A DNA stretch of 64,000 nt from positions 1 through 64,000 of IMG/VR virus record IMGVR_UViG_2767802105_000001; one strand, given 5' to 3'. The notes below the pieces were generated by a model. It saw only the letters and a program-made list of their open reading frames with translations, had not been told where the DNA came from and made no database searches. The translations under genes were made by a program, and so were the position numbers. This stretch comes from a virus. Taxonomy: Duplodnaviria; Caudoviricetes. Shown one piece after another: positions 34,469-43,497 of this stretch; the first letter of the stretch is position 1; every line of letters begins with the position of its first letter.

Positions 34469-35329
34469 ATGGACAGTAGCCAGATCGCCAACCGGGCACA
34501 GCAGCACCCCGAACGGCTCCGCACCCTCGAGCAGCGGGCCGTCGCCGACGCCACCCGCCCCCTCGCCCAAGCCCTCACCGACGCCCAAACCGAAGCCGTC
34601 ACCCGGTGGGTCCGTGAAACCGCCAGCCGCCAAATCCCCGACCGGCTCGCCGACCTCATCGACTGGGTCCGCGACCTCATCCGCCGCGCCTTCTCAGGCC
34701 GCGCCCGCCAAGCCCAAGCCGCCGCCGAGACCGCCGCCTTCAACTCCGCCCAGCAGGCCGCCCGGCACGCCTCCCTGCTCGCCTCCGCCATCACAGGCCA
34801 GCCCACCCCGCCCACCACCCCCGACATCGGAGCCAACGCCCAGGCCGCCACAGCCGGCATCCCCGCCGCCGTACAGGAGGAGCAGACGCACGCCCTCGCG
34901 CTCCTCACCACCGCCAGCCTCACCGCCATGGGACTCGCCGGCCTCAACTCCGCCTTCTCCCGAGCCCGGCGAGCCGTCGGCCGGATAGCGCGCGCCACCG
35001 CCGTCGCAGTCGGCAGTGCTGCCACCCATGCGGCCCGGCTCGTCGCCCGTGCTCTCGGCCCCGACATTCGCCTGCTGTGGGTGACCGAGCCCGGGGCCTG
35101 CGCCGCATGCCGCGCCTACGCGGGACTCCACATCCACCCCGGCGGCCAGTTCAAAGGCGGCCTCAGCCTCGACCCGCGGCGCACCGTGTTCGCCTCCGCG
35201 ATCGCCGGACCGCCACGCCATCCACACTGCCGCTGTGCCCTGGTCCCCTGGTCGCCGAAGTGGCCGATCACCGGTACGCCCCTGCCCGCCCTCCTGCGCC
35301 AACGCGCCCGCACCGACTGGAGGCCCTGA
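34469..35329 (+). CDS. MuF-like minor head protein
   Basis: WVTEPGACAAC...PPRHPHCRC. Confidence 0.85.
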   Translation: MDSSQIANRAQQHPERLRTLEQRAVADATRPLAQALTDAQTEAVTRWVRETASRQIPDRLADLIDWVRDLIRRAFSGRARQAQAAAETAAFNSAQQAARHASLLASAITGQPTPPTTPDIGANAQAATAGIPAAVQEEQTHALALLTTASLTAMGLAGLNSAFSRARRAVGRIARATAVAVGSAATHAARLVARALGPDIRLLWVTEPGACAACRAYAGLHIHPGGQFKGGLSLDPRRTVFASAIAGPPRHPHCRCALVPWSPKWPITGTPLPALLRQRARTDWRP

Positions 35330-35853
35330 TGCCCAGCGAAATCATGGGCGAGGACAAATGGCCCAAGCTCCGGGAGCTTCACGCCCTCGGCATGGGCCGT
35401 AACGAGATCAGCCGCGAGATGGGCATCACCAACTCGTGCGTGTCCCGCACCGCCGCCTACCTCGGTCTGACCTTCGACCGGTCGAAGATCCGGGCCGCAT
35501 CCGAGGCGCGCGCCGCAGACCTCCGAGAGCGGCTGTCCCTCCTCGCCGAGAAGCTCATGGATGTCGCCGAGGACTCGCTGCGCCGCGTTCACGAGCCAAC
35601 GATCGTCTACTCGTTCGGCGGCAAGAACAACGAGTACAACGAGCATGAGTTCCCCGAGGCGCCGCCGGCGGAGCGCGTCAAGTACATGACCGCGACAGCC
35701 ATCGCCATCGACAAGATCGGAAAGCTCCTCCCGCCCGAATCCGGCAGCGGCGCCGACGACGCCAAGTCCATGCTCGGCAAGCTCGCCGAAGGCATCGCCG
35801 CCCTCGCCAACCAGGACAGCGAGACGCCCATCCAGAACGGCGGGGACGAATGA
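35329..35853 (+). CDS. Probable terminase small subunit
   Basis: N-terminal HTH (LHALGMGRNEISREMG), helical, upstream of terL. Confidence 0.75.
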   Translation: MPSEIMGEDKWPKLRELHALGMGRNEISREMGITNSCVSRTAAYLGLTFDRSKIRAASEARAADLRERLSLLAEKLMDVAEDSLRRVHEPTIVYSFGGKNNEYNEHEFPEAPPAERVKYMTATAIAIDKIGKLLPPESGSGADDAKSMLGKLAEGIAALANQDSETPIQNGGDE

Positions 35854-35972
35854 CCAGTACTCCCCCAACAGCCGTGCAGATCGGTAGAATTGATCTCGAC
35901 AATCACATAAGAGACCCCCGCGACGGGTGCAACCGTCCGGGGGCGTGGCCGACACTTCAGAGGAGTGCCGAC

Positions 35973-36944
35973 ATGACCCAGCGTACCGACTCGCCCGGAT
36001 GCGCGGTGCAGGACTGCATCAAGGGCGGAAAGCTCACCCGTGGGCTTTGCGCGACTCACTACTACCGGCTCCGCGTACATGGAGACGTGCAGGCGCACAT
36101 TCCGATCAAGACCCTGGGACAGCAAGTCGAATGCCAGGTCGAAGGCTGCGACCGCCGTAAGCCTCTACGCCGGGGCTACTGCTCAATGCACTACCAGCGG
36201 TGGCAGCATCACGGCGATCCGATGTGGGAGCCTCCGAAGCAGCCGTCCACCTGCATCGTCGACGATTGCGGGGCAAGCCCCACGGTCGGCAAGGGGCTGT
36301 GCCGCAAGCACTTCAAGCGACTCCACCGCACAGGCAGCACCGCTGATCCTGTTAGGGAAGCCCGCACCCTCGGGCCGTGCAGCATCGATACCTGCTCGAA
36401 TGTGGAAGACCGGCGCGGCCTCTGCAGCATGCACTACACGCGCTGGCGGAAGCATGGAGACGCCACCATCTTGCTTCGCTCCTGGAACTCTCAGGCCGGA
36501 CTGACATGCAGTGAGAATGGCTGCGAGATCGCCGCGTCCACACAAGGACTGTGCCGTCGCCACTGGGTGGCCGCGTATCACGCCAAGAACCGCTCAGCCC
36601 GGAACGCTCGGATGCGGGAGCACTACCTTGCCAACCGCGAGGAGTACTACGCGAAGGCCAACCGGCGCCGTCAACGCATCGAAGCGAACATGGACGCCCT
36701 TGACCGAGCCCTTTCCGCCGACTACCGCCGCGCCATAGCGGCTGATGCGTGTGCGTACTGCGGCGGTCCGTCCTCTCAGGTCGACCATTACTTCCCCATC
36801 GCCAAGGGTGGAACAGATCACTGGTGGAATCTGCTCCGAGCCTGCGAGCCGTGCAATAAGTCGAAGGCGGCTCATTGCGGCACATGGTTCTTCTTGCTGC
36901 GGGGAGGCGGTCGTGAACCTGTCGACCTTGCCGATGTCGCGTAA
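35973..36944 (+). CDS. HNH endonuclease with five tandem Cys/His Zn-finger repeats
   Basis: Repeats C-x4-C...G(L/Y)C..H; CAYC...DHYFP...GG....NL..AC..CN..K. Confidence 0.9.
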   Translation: MTQRTDSPGCAVQDCIKGGKLTRGLCATHYYRLRVHGDVQAHIPIKTLGQQVECQVEGCDRRKPLRRGYCSMHYQRWQHHGDPMWEPPKQPSTCIVDDCGASPTVGKGLCRKHFKRLHRTGSTADPVREARTLGPCSIDTCSNVEDRRGLCSMHYTRWRKHGDATILLRSWNSQAGLTCSENGCEIAASTQGLCRRHWVAAYHAKNRSARNARMREHYLANREEYYAKANRRRQRIEANMDALDRALSADYRRAIAADACAYCGGPSSQVDHYFPIAKGGTDHWWNLLRACEPCNKSKAAHCGTWFFLLRGGGREPVDLADVA

Positions 36945-38169
36945 GCAGCTACGGTCAATCGCGCAATCAGCACGGCATCGCATCTCGATCTGGTCGGGAG
37001 CCATCCGGTCAGGCAAAACGATCGCTTCACTGATTGCATTCTTGATCGCGCTGGCGGTGGCACCATCCACGGGGTTGGTGATCATCGCAGGCAGGTCGCT
37101 GCAAACGATCGAACGCAACTTGATCGATCCGCTCCAGGACACCGCCCTGTTTGGGCCGTTGGCGCACCACGTTGTGCACACCCGCGGATCCACCACGGCC
37201 GTCATTCTCGGGCGGACCGTCCACCTCGTGGGTGCCTCGGACGCCCGAGCCGAGGGCCGGCTGCGTGGCGCCAGCGTCTGCCTGGCCCTCGCGGACGAGA
37301 TCACTCTGCTGCCGGAAGCGTTCTTCAAGCAGCTCCTCGGCCGACTCAGTGTGCCTGGGGCGCGGCTGCTCGGGACAACGAACCCGGACTCCAGTGGACA
37401 CTGGCTAAAGCGGGACTTCATTGACCGCGCTCACGAACTCAACATCGGCCACTGGCACTTCACCCTCGACGATAACCCGTCCCTCACTGCCCAGTACGTC
37501 AACTCGATCAAGGCCGAATACGGGGAAGGGACGCTCTTCTTCAAAAGGTTCATCGACGGTTTGTGGATCGCCGCGGAGGGTGCGGTCTTCGACATGTGGG
37601 ACGAGGAGCGGCACGTCGTCACCGCCCTGCCCCGCATGCACCGCTGGATCGGCGTCGGCGTCGACTATGGGACTCAGAACCCATTCCACGCAACGCTGCT
37701 CGGGCTCGGCGAGGATCGCCGCCTGTACGTCGCCTCCGAGTGGCGCTACGACGGTCGTCACCAGCGCAAGCAGCTCACGGACGCTGAATACTCCGAGCGT
37801 CTCCGCGGCTGGCTCGGCAACGTTCCTGGCATTGGCCCGGTCCGCCCGTCGTTTGTCACGGTCGACCCGTCCGCGGCCAGCTTCATAACGCAGTTGAAGC
37901 GGGACCGGCTCACCCCGACGCCGGCCCGTAACGATGTCCTCGACGGCATCCGCACCCTGTCCACGCTGCTCGCCGCGGGGAAGCTGCTGGTGCACTCCTC
38001 CTGCCGTGGATTGATCAAGGAGATGCCGGGCTACGCCTGGGACGACAAGGCGGCGGAGAAGGGCGAGGACAAACCCATCAAGGTCAACGACCACGGCGTC
38101 GACGCCCTCCGCTACGGCATCTTCACCACCCGCCCCCTGTGGCAGCGCCAGCTCGCCCTCGCAGCCTAG
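36913..38169 (+). CDS. Terminase large subunit
   Basis: GAIRSGKT Walker A, LADE Walker B, TTNP, VDYG, VDPSA, DHGVDALRY. Confidence 0.95.
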   Translation: MNLSTLPMSRKQLRSIAQSARHRISIWSGAIRSGKTIASLIAFLIALAVAPSTGLVIIAGRSLQTIERNLIDPLQDTALFGPLAHHVVHTRGSTTAVILGRTVHLVGASDARAEGRLRGASVCLALADEITLLPEAFFKQLLGRLSVPGARLLGTTNPDSSGHWLKRDFIDRAHELNIGHWHFTLDDNPSLTAQYVNSIKAEYGEGTLFFKRFIDGLWIAAEGAVFDMWDEERHVVTALPRMHRWIGVGVDYGTQNPFHATLLGLGEDRRLYVASEWRYDGRHQRKQLTDAEYSERLRGWLGNVPGIGPVRPSFVTVDPSAASFITQLKRDRLTPTPARNDVLDGIRTLSTLLAAGKLLVHSSCRGLIKEMPGYAWDDKAAEKGEDKPIKVNDHGVDALRYGIFTTRPLWQRQLALAA

Positions 38170-38181
38170 AAGGAGACCGTC

Positions 38182-39885
38182 ATGCCGCTGCCCCCGTCGG
38201 GAAACACCGCGTGGCCGCCGCCTGCCCTGGAGATTCCGCACGCCGACATGGACATGTGGCGTGCCTGGTACTCCGGCAACACCGACCATCTGGCCGCCGT
38301 GTATGGGGGGCCGACGAACTACCGCAGCAACGCCGTTGCCCGCCAGTTCTTCGAGGTCGACCAGCGGCATGCTGTCGGCGGCAGCGAGCTGCGCTCGTTC
38401 TGGGGGCAGGACGCCACCCCCGGCCAGCAGGCGGCGAAGCTGCACGTGCCGATCGCTGGGGACATTGCCGAGCTGTCGGCGAACCTGCTGTGGGCGGACG
38501 TTCCCACGGTGTCCGTGGACCTGGACTCCACGGACAAGGTGACGGCGCGGTCGACGCAGGCGCAGATCGGCCGCTACCTCGACGACCGCGGGCACGCCAA
38601 GCTGCGGGAGGCCGCTGAGCTGACTGCGGGCTTGTCGAATGTATACCTGAGGGTGGTGTGGGACACGACGCTGCGGCCCCGCCCGTGGACGGACGTGATC
38701 GCCCCGGAGGCGGTGGTGCCGACGTGGCGGTGGGGTGAGCTGGCGGAGGCCATCGTGTGGCGGGAGCTGGCCCCGCTCGTCGACGAGTCGAAGGTGTGGC
38801 GGCTGCTGGAGTTCCACACGCCGGGAGCGATCGAGTATGGCCTGTATGAGGGCGGCACCAGCACGCTGGGGATGCGGGCGGACAGCCTGGCCGCGCACCC
38901 GGACACCGAGTACCTGGTGGCCCGCACGGACAGCCGGGGCCGGCAGTCGACGGGCATCGACCGGCTGCTGATCACGCATGTGCCGAATGTGCTGCCGAAC
39001 CGGGTGTGGGACGGGGTGCCGAACACGGCGCCGCTCGGCCGGTCGGACCTGTCGGGGGTGGAGCCGTTTATGGACGCCCTCGACGAAACGTGGACGTCGT
39101 GGATGCGTGATCTGCGGCTTGGTAAGGCCCGGTTGTTGATCCCGCAGTCGATGCTCGACACCGACGGCCCGGGCACTGGCGGCTCCTTCAATCTGGAGGA
39201 GGAGGTGCGGGTGGCGCTGAACATGCTGGATGAGGGGTCGGCGAAGGATTCGATCACCGAAATCCAGTTCAAGATCCGTGTCGAGGAGCATGAGCGGACC
39301 GGGAAAGCCCTGCGCCGACAGATCCTCTCGAGCGCTGGCTACTCGGCGCAGTCTTTCGGTGAGGAGGGCACGGTCGCGACGACAGCGACGGAGGTGACAG
39401 CCCGCAAGGAAGAGTCGTTGACGACCCGCGGCACGAAGATCCTGTACCAGCGTCCGGCGTTGCTGGACCATCTGACGACGATGATGATGGTCGATGTGCG
39501 GCACTGCGGCGCGAAGGGTGTCGATCCTGCGGCGGAGTTGACGGCGTCGTGGCCGCAGGCGGTACAGCCTGATCCGGAGGCCACTGCGCGCACTCTGCAA
39601 CTGCTGGACACGGCGGGGGCAATCTCGACGTTCATGAAGGTGAAGATGCGGTCGCCGGAGCTGGACGACACCGAGGTGATGGCCGAGGTGCGGCGGATCC
39701 GCGACGACAAGCAGTCCACGGCCCCGGCCGGCGACCCGTTCAACACGGGCAGTGGCGGCGGGCTGGAGGAGCCGAACGATGAGGCTGACAGTGACGGTAC
39801 GGAGGCCGGCGCGGACGAGGGCCTGGACGAGACCGAGGACGAGGAAGGGGTGGGCGGGGGCTCGCATGGTCTGGCCGCGGCCTAG
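38182..39885 (+). CDS. Portal protein
   Basis: Follows terL; LGRSD, TATEV, acidic tail. Confidence 0.9.
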   Translation: MPLPPSGNTAWPPPALEIPHADMDMWRAWYSGNTDHLAAVYGGPTNYRSNAVARQFFEVDQRHAVGGSELRSFWGQDATPGQQAAKLHVPIAGDIAELSANLLWADVPTVSVDLDSTDKVTARSTQAQIGRYLDDRGHAKLREAAELTAGLSNVYLRVVWDTTLRPRPWTDVIAPEAVVPTWRWGELAEAIVWRELAPLVDESKVWRLLEFHTPGAIEYGLYEGGTSTLGMRADSLAAHPDTEYLVARTDSRGRQSTGIDRLLITHVPNVLPNRVWDGVPNTAPLGRSDLSGVEPFMDALDETWTSWMRDLRLGKARLLIPQSMLDTDGPGTGGSFNLEEEVRVALNMLDEGSAKDSITEIQFKIRVEEHERTGKALRRQILSSAGYSAQSFGEEGTVATTATEVTARKEESLTTRGTKILYQRPALLDHLTTMMMVDVRHCGAKGVDPAAELTASWPQAVQPDPEATARTLQLLDTAGAISTFMKVKMRSPELDDTEVMAEVRRIRDDKQSTAPAGDPFNTGSGGGLEEPNDEADSDGTEAGADEGLDETEDEEGVGGGSHGLAAA

Positions 39886-40049
39886 CGGCGGCGGACGCCC
39901 TTACGTGCGGGGAGCCGACGGTAGCGGACGATCTTGCCGCCCTTCGTGGCGTGGGCTTTCTGGCGGGCGTAGCGACGCAGTCGCGGGTTCGCGAAGAAGT
40001 AGCGCCACTGGGCCTTGCTCTTGAAGCCGGTGTGCCTTCGTCCCGGCAT
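39882..40049 (-). CDS. Small basic protein
   Basis: MPGRRHTGFKSKAQWRYFFANPRLRRYA...; GGAGGTG SD. Confidence 0.7.
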   Translation of the reverse strand: MPGRRHTGFKSKAQWRYFFANPRLRRYARQKAHATKGGKIVRYRRLPARKGVRRR

Positions 40050-40140
40050 GGGGTCACCTCCTTCCGGTGATCTCCCTACAGTCTGCCCACTGCACGTGTG
40101 AGGGCCCGCACTGGTCTGGTGCGGGCCCTCAGCGGGGCGG

Positions 40141-40293
40141 TCACTTCTGGGTGGGCGACTGTCCGGCGCCTTCGCAAGGCGGGGAGGTCTTCCGGCCGCT
40201 GACAGCCTTCTCCAGGTGGAGAGGCAGCAGGCCCTTCTCCGTCAGCGTGTACTGGCGGCGACAGACCGGGCAGATGCCGAGCGTGGTCATCAT
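40141..40293 (-). CDS. Small Zn-binding protein
   Basis: GICPVCRR...H...PCEGAG; GAGGA SD. Confidence 0.6.
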   Translation of the reverse strand: MMTTLGICPVCRRQYTLTEKGLLPLHLEKAVSGRKTSPPCEGAGQSPTQK

Positions 40294-40300
40294 GGTGTCC

Positions 40301-40540
40301 TCACTTCTCGGTGGCACGGTTGGCGCGGATGACGGTGAGGCAGTCGGGGCACCAGCGCTCGCCCGGCTTGTCCAGGCGCAGTGGCACGTCCTGCTTCGGG
40401 CCTGGCGCGACGATGCCCTCCGTCTCGCTGCACGCGATGGGGTGCCAGTCGCACTGCCCGTCGCAGCGGCCGACGGACTTGTGCCAGACCAAGACGGTCG
40501 TGCCGCCCTCGGTCCGGACTCGCTCCTGTGTTGCCAGCAT
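40301..40540 (-). CDS. Small Cys-rich protein
   Basis: WH...C...WCPDC; GAGGAG SD. Confidence 0.65.
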   Translation of the reverse strand: MLATQERVRTEGGTTVLVWHKSVGRCDGQCDWHPIACSETEGIVAPGPKQDVPLRLDKPGERWCPDCLTVIRANRATEK

Positions 40541-40707
40541 TTCGGTCTCCTCAGTTCTCGGTGGTGCGGTCAACGGGACGCATGGTCAGTCCTCGTCTCG
40601 GTCGAAGTGTGCGCGGTCGTAGCGGGCTGCTTGGGCGGGGGTTTCGTCCCACCAGTCGGCGGGAGGCCCCGGCTCGACCAGCGGCGGGTCGTCGGTGGGT
40701 GTGTCGG

Positions 40708-41007
40708 TCACGGCGTCATCTCCGCGAGCCTCCGCAGCATGGCGGTCTGGTCGCCGTGGCTGGTGAGGAACGCCCCGGTGGGCCCGTAGGCGGTGGTCCG
40801 GCTGGGCAGGTGCCGCTGCGTGTGCCCGTCGGCCGGGATGAGCAGCGAGCCCCGGAACGCGGCGTCGTCGGGCTGGCTGCCCTTGTACAGGCAGAGCCGC
40901 AGCATGCCGAGTTGGTCGACGCCGAGGACCAGGACGTGCCCGGCCGGGGTGGTGGAGTCGACGCCGGCCCAGCGGGCGTTCAGGTCAGCGAGCTTGATCG
41001 CGGTCAT
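40708..41007 (-). CDS. Hypothetical protein
   Basis: MTAIKLADLNARW..., ATGA overlap. Confidence 0.65.
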   Translation of the reverse strand: MTAIKLADLNARWAGVDSTTPAGHVLVLGVDQLGMLRLCLYKGSQPDDAAFRGSLLIPADGHTQRHLPSRTTAYGPTGAFLTSHGDQTAMLRRLAEMTP

Positions 41008-41201
41008 GGCTGCGGCTCCTGGTCTCGGCGGCGGGCTTGCCGCTGGGCGCACCTGTGGTCGGGCAGAGTGACGAGGGTGGTGGTGTGCATGAGGTGCCCG
41101 CAGTCGTCGCAGCGAGCGAAGCCGGTGATCTGCCACAGTTCGTCAGCGTCCATGCCAGTCGGTTCGAGCTCCAGGAACGCGGACCGGTTCTTGGGGGTCA
41201 T
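41004..41201 (-). CDS. Small Zn-ribbon protein
   Basis: CDDCGH...HRC; TGATG overlap. Confidence 0.6.
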   Translation of the reverse strand: MTPKNRSAFLELEPTGMDADELWQITGFARCDDCGHLMHTTTLVTLPDHRCAQRQARRRDQEPQP

Positions 41202-41368
41202 CAGACCTCCTTGGCGGCCTGCTCGGCGTTCTTCCGGTCTGCGATCTTCTGGGCGCCCCGGCGGGTGAAGGACGGGTAACGGCTGACCCCGGTGGTCGTG
41301 TCGAAGACGTAGTAGGCGCCGGGTCCGTGCTTCTCCACGACGAAGCGGGGCTGGGCGGGAGCGGTCAC
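41201..41368 (-). CDS. Small hypothetical protein
   Basis: MTAPAQPRFVVEKHGPGAYYVFD...; AGGAGG SD, GTGA overlap. Confidence 0.6.
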   Translation of the reverse strand: MTAPAQPRFVVEKHGPGAYYVFDTTTGVSRYPSFTRRGAQKIADRKNAEQAAKEV

Positions 41369-41628
41369 GACGTCCTCCTGGGCGTCTCCTCGCGGGCGGC
41401 GATGAGCGCCTCGCGGTGGTTCTCCATGGCGGCGTCCCGGTCCGGTGCACGCTTCGACGAAGAGTCGATGACGTACCCGCCGAGGAGCATGCCCCGGTGC
41501 CGCTTGTCCGGGCTGTCGTCGAAGATGGCGGTGTCGTAGTAGTCGGCGGCGATCCGAACCGTGGAGACGGTGAGCTGCTTGTCTCCGGCGATGACGGGCC
41601 GCTGGGCGACGATCGTGGGAGCGCTCAT
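41365..41628 (-). CDS. Hypothetical protein
   Basis: VSTV...YDTAIF...AMENH; AAGGAGGAG SD. Confidence 0.7.
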   Translation of the reverse strand: MSAPTIVAQRPVIAGDKQLTVSTVRIAADYYDTAIFDDSPDKRHRGMLLGGYVIDSSSKRAPDRDAAMENHREALIAAREETPRRTS

Positions 41629-41897
41629 CGCTCCTCCTTCGTGATCAGGGTTGGGATGTCGGCCCACCGCACGGCGAGCCCAGGATTGTGCGCGGCCAGC
41701 ACCTTGTTGGCGGCCCGAAGGCGGCCTTCGAGGAGCTGCCGGGCTTCCGTGTACTGCGGGCCGCGGCAGGCGGCGTACAGGCGGGCCGCCTCCGCGGCCT
41801 CCGCCACCGCCGCCCGCACCCGGGCCGGAAGCAGGCGGCCGGCCAGCAGGGCCACCGCATCCGGCACCGGAACCGGCAAGGTCGGGCGGGCGATCAC
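41625..41897 (-). CDS. Hypothetical protein
   Basis: Overlapping operon gene, ANKVLAAHNPGL. Confidence 0.65.
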   Translation of the reverse strand: MIARPTLPVPVPDAVALLAGRLLPARVRAAVAEAAEAARLYAACRGPQYTEARQLLEGRLRAANKVLAAHNPGLAVRWADIPTLITKEER

Positions 41898-42115
41898 GAC
41901 GGACCGTCGTCGAGGTCGCGTCCGTCCAGCCACGCCTCCAGGGTCGGGCTGCTGTCCTTGACGTGCTCCGCGGTGTCGTCGCCTGCGGCGTACTTCACCG
42001 CTTCCAGCACGAACTCGGCGACGTCCTTCTGGAACGCGTTCAGCAGGGTGTCAAGCTTGGCGGCGGTCTCGTCGTCGGTGGCGAACATGGCGTGGATGCT
42101 GGCGCGGGGGTCCAT
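41894..42115 (-). CDS. Hypothetical protein (may start at 42301)
   Basis: AGGAG SD before ATG 42115. Confidence 0.55.
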   Translation of the reverse strand: MDPRASIHAMFATDDETAAKLDTLLNAFQKDVAEFVLEAVKYAAGDDTAEHVKDSSPTLEAWLDGRDLDDGPS

Positions 42116-42302
42116 GGGGCTCCTGTCGGTTGATGCCGGGCCGGTCGGCTCGGGCCGGGTGGTGATGGTGTCGAGGTCGGCTGCGGGGTCGGCGAGCGCC
42201 AGGCGTTCCGCGGCACGCCGGTTGCTGGCCTGGAAACGGGCCCAGCCGTGCCGGGCCGCGTTCCAGCGGGCGAGCGTTCGACGGACCTCGGCGGAGGCCA
42301 CG

Positions 42303-42731
42303 TCAGCTCTCCCAGCCGCGGGCCACATCCAGGGCCCGACGGAGGGCGGACGCGAGCGGCATCCGCTGCCCCTCGGGGACGTGGACCTGTGGCTCGTCGT
42401 CAGCCTCCAGGTCCTCGGAGATGGTGAGCAGCATGCCGCCGCCCCCGAACGGGGTGAGCTGCGCCCACACGTCGTCCGTGTCGTAGGACCACATCCGGTT
42501 GCCGGTGAGCGCGTCGATCAGGGCGGGCATCTCCCGGCTGGGGATGCAGGCCTCGACGTCGAAGAACTGACCGATGGCGCCGATGCGGAGGATGACCTCG
42601 GCGAAGCCCGGGTCCTCTCGGAGGCCAGCGGGGACGACGGTCAGGGTGATCCCCCCGTCGTGGGTGGTGTAGGTCCAGGGCTGGGGGGTGAGGTCGGCGG
42701 TCACCGAAGCGATGGCGGTGTGGAAGTCCAC
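42303..42731 (-). CDS. Hypothetical protein
   Basis: AAGGAG SD, high-GC3 codon usage. Confidence 0.75.
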   Translation of the reverse strand: MDFHTAIASVTADLTPQPWTYTTHDGGITLTVVPAGLREDPGFAEVILRIGAIGQFFDVEACIPSREMPALIDALTGNRMWSYDTDDVWAQLTPFGGGGMLLTISEDLEADDEPQVHVPEGQRMPLASALRRALDVARGWES

Positions 42732-42753
42732 GGGTTCTCCTTGTGCTTGCAGG

Positions 42754-43092
42754 TCAGGCAGCAAGTGCGAGGCGGGCGGCGGCGAGCTTGAACTCCAGCC
42801 GGCGGGGGCGGTAGGCGGCGGCGATCAGGGCGACGGCGGCGGGCGTGTACCGCTGGCAGTCCCGCATGTGCCGGCCGCGGTGGATGCGGCCCGGGGTGCC
42901 GACGACACCGAGGCGGGCGGCGACCTTGCGCAACGTGCTGACCATGCTGCGGGCGTCACGCGGGGTGAGGCCCTGGGCGATGGCGTGCGAGGCGAGGGTG
43001 CCGGTGCCACGGCGGGCGATGCGGGCGGCGGCGCGGGTGGTGCGGGCGCGGGCCTTCAACGTGGCGCGGCGGATGCGGTTCGAGCGGATCAT
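42754..43092 (-). CDS. Basic hypothetical protein, first gene of leftward operon
   Basis: AAGGGGGAG SD, Arg-rich. Confidence 0.7.
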   Translation of the reverse strand: MIRSNRIRRATLKARARTTRAAARIARRGTGTLASHAIAQGLTPRDARSMVSTLRKVAARLGVVGTPGRIHRGRHMRDCQRYTPAAVALIAAAYRPRRLEFKLAAARLALAA

Positions 43093-43114
43093 GCGGTCTC
43101 CCCCTTGGTGCGAC

Positions 43115-43236
43115 TGCCAACTTTCTTGGCACTTCGATAGTGACACGACCACCACCCGGAGTGCAACATAGTTGGCATGACGAATCCCCGAATCGCTGCA
43201 TACTCAGTTGGCAGCGCGCTGCCTACCGAGTTGGCA
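43115..43236. promoter_or_regulatory. Four 17-bp operators, consensus TGCCAAC-N3-GTTGGCA
   Basis: TGCCAACTTTCTTGGCA 43115, GTGCAACATAGTTGGCA 43161, TGCATACTCAGTTGGCA 43197, TGCCTACCGAGTTGGCA 43220. Confidence 0.8.
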
Positions 43237-43260
43237 GCCGCACGTGAGATCATCTGGGAC

Positions 43261-43497
43261 ATGACGCCACGCCCCGACCCGCAGACCGAGGCCGTTTGGC
43301 TTCGCAAGCTCGACCGCGCCACGACCGCCCACGAGAAGGCGCGCGCCACGCTGGAGGAGCTGATCGCGGACGCCCGCACGGCTGGCGTCCCACTGATGAC
43401 GATCGCTAAGCACACGCCGTACAGCCGCGAGTGGGCACGAAAGATCGCCGACCGCATCGACAAGGAGCGAGCCGCCAGGACGGAGGGGCAGGCATGA
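43261..43497 (+). CDS. Small HTH DNA-binding protein
   Basis: ARTAGVPLMTIAKHTPYSREWARKIA HTH-like; divergent from 43092. Confidence 0.75.
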   Translation: MTPRPDPQTEAVWLRKLDRATTAHEKARATLEELIADARTAGVPLMTIAKHTPYSREWARKIADRIDKERAARTEGQA

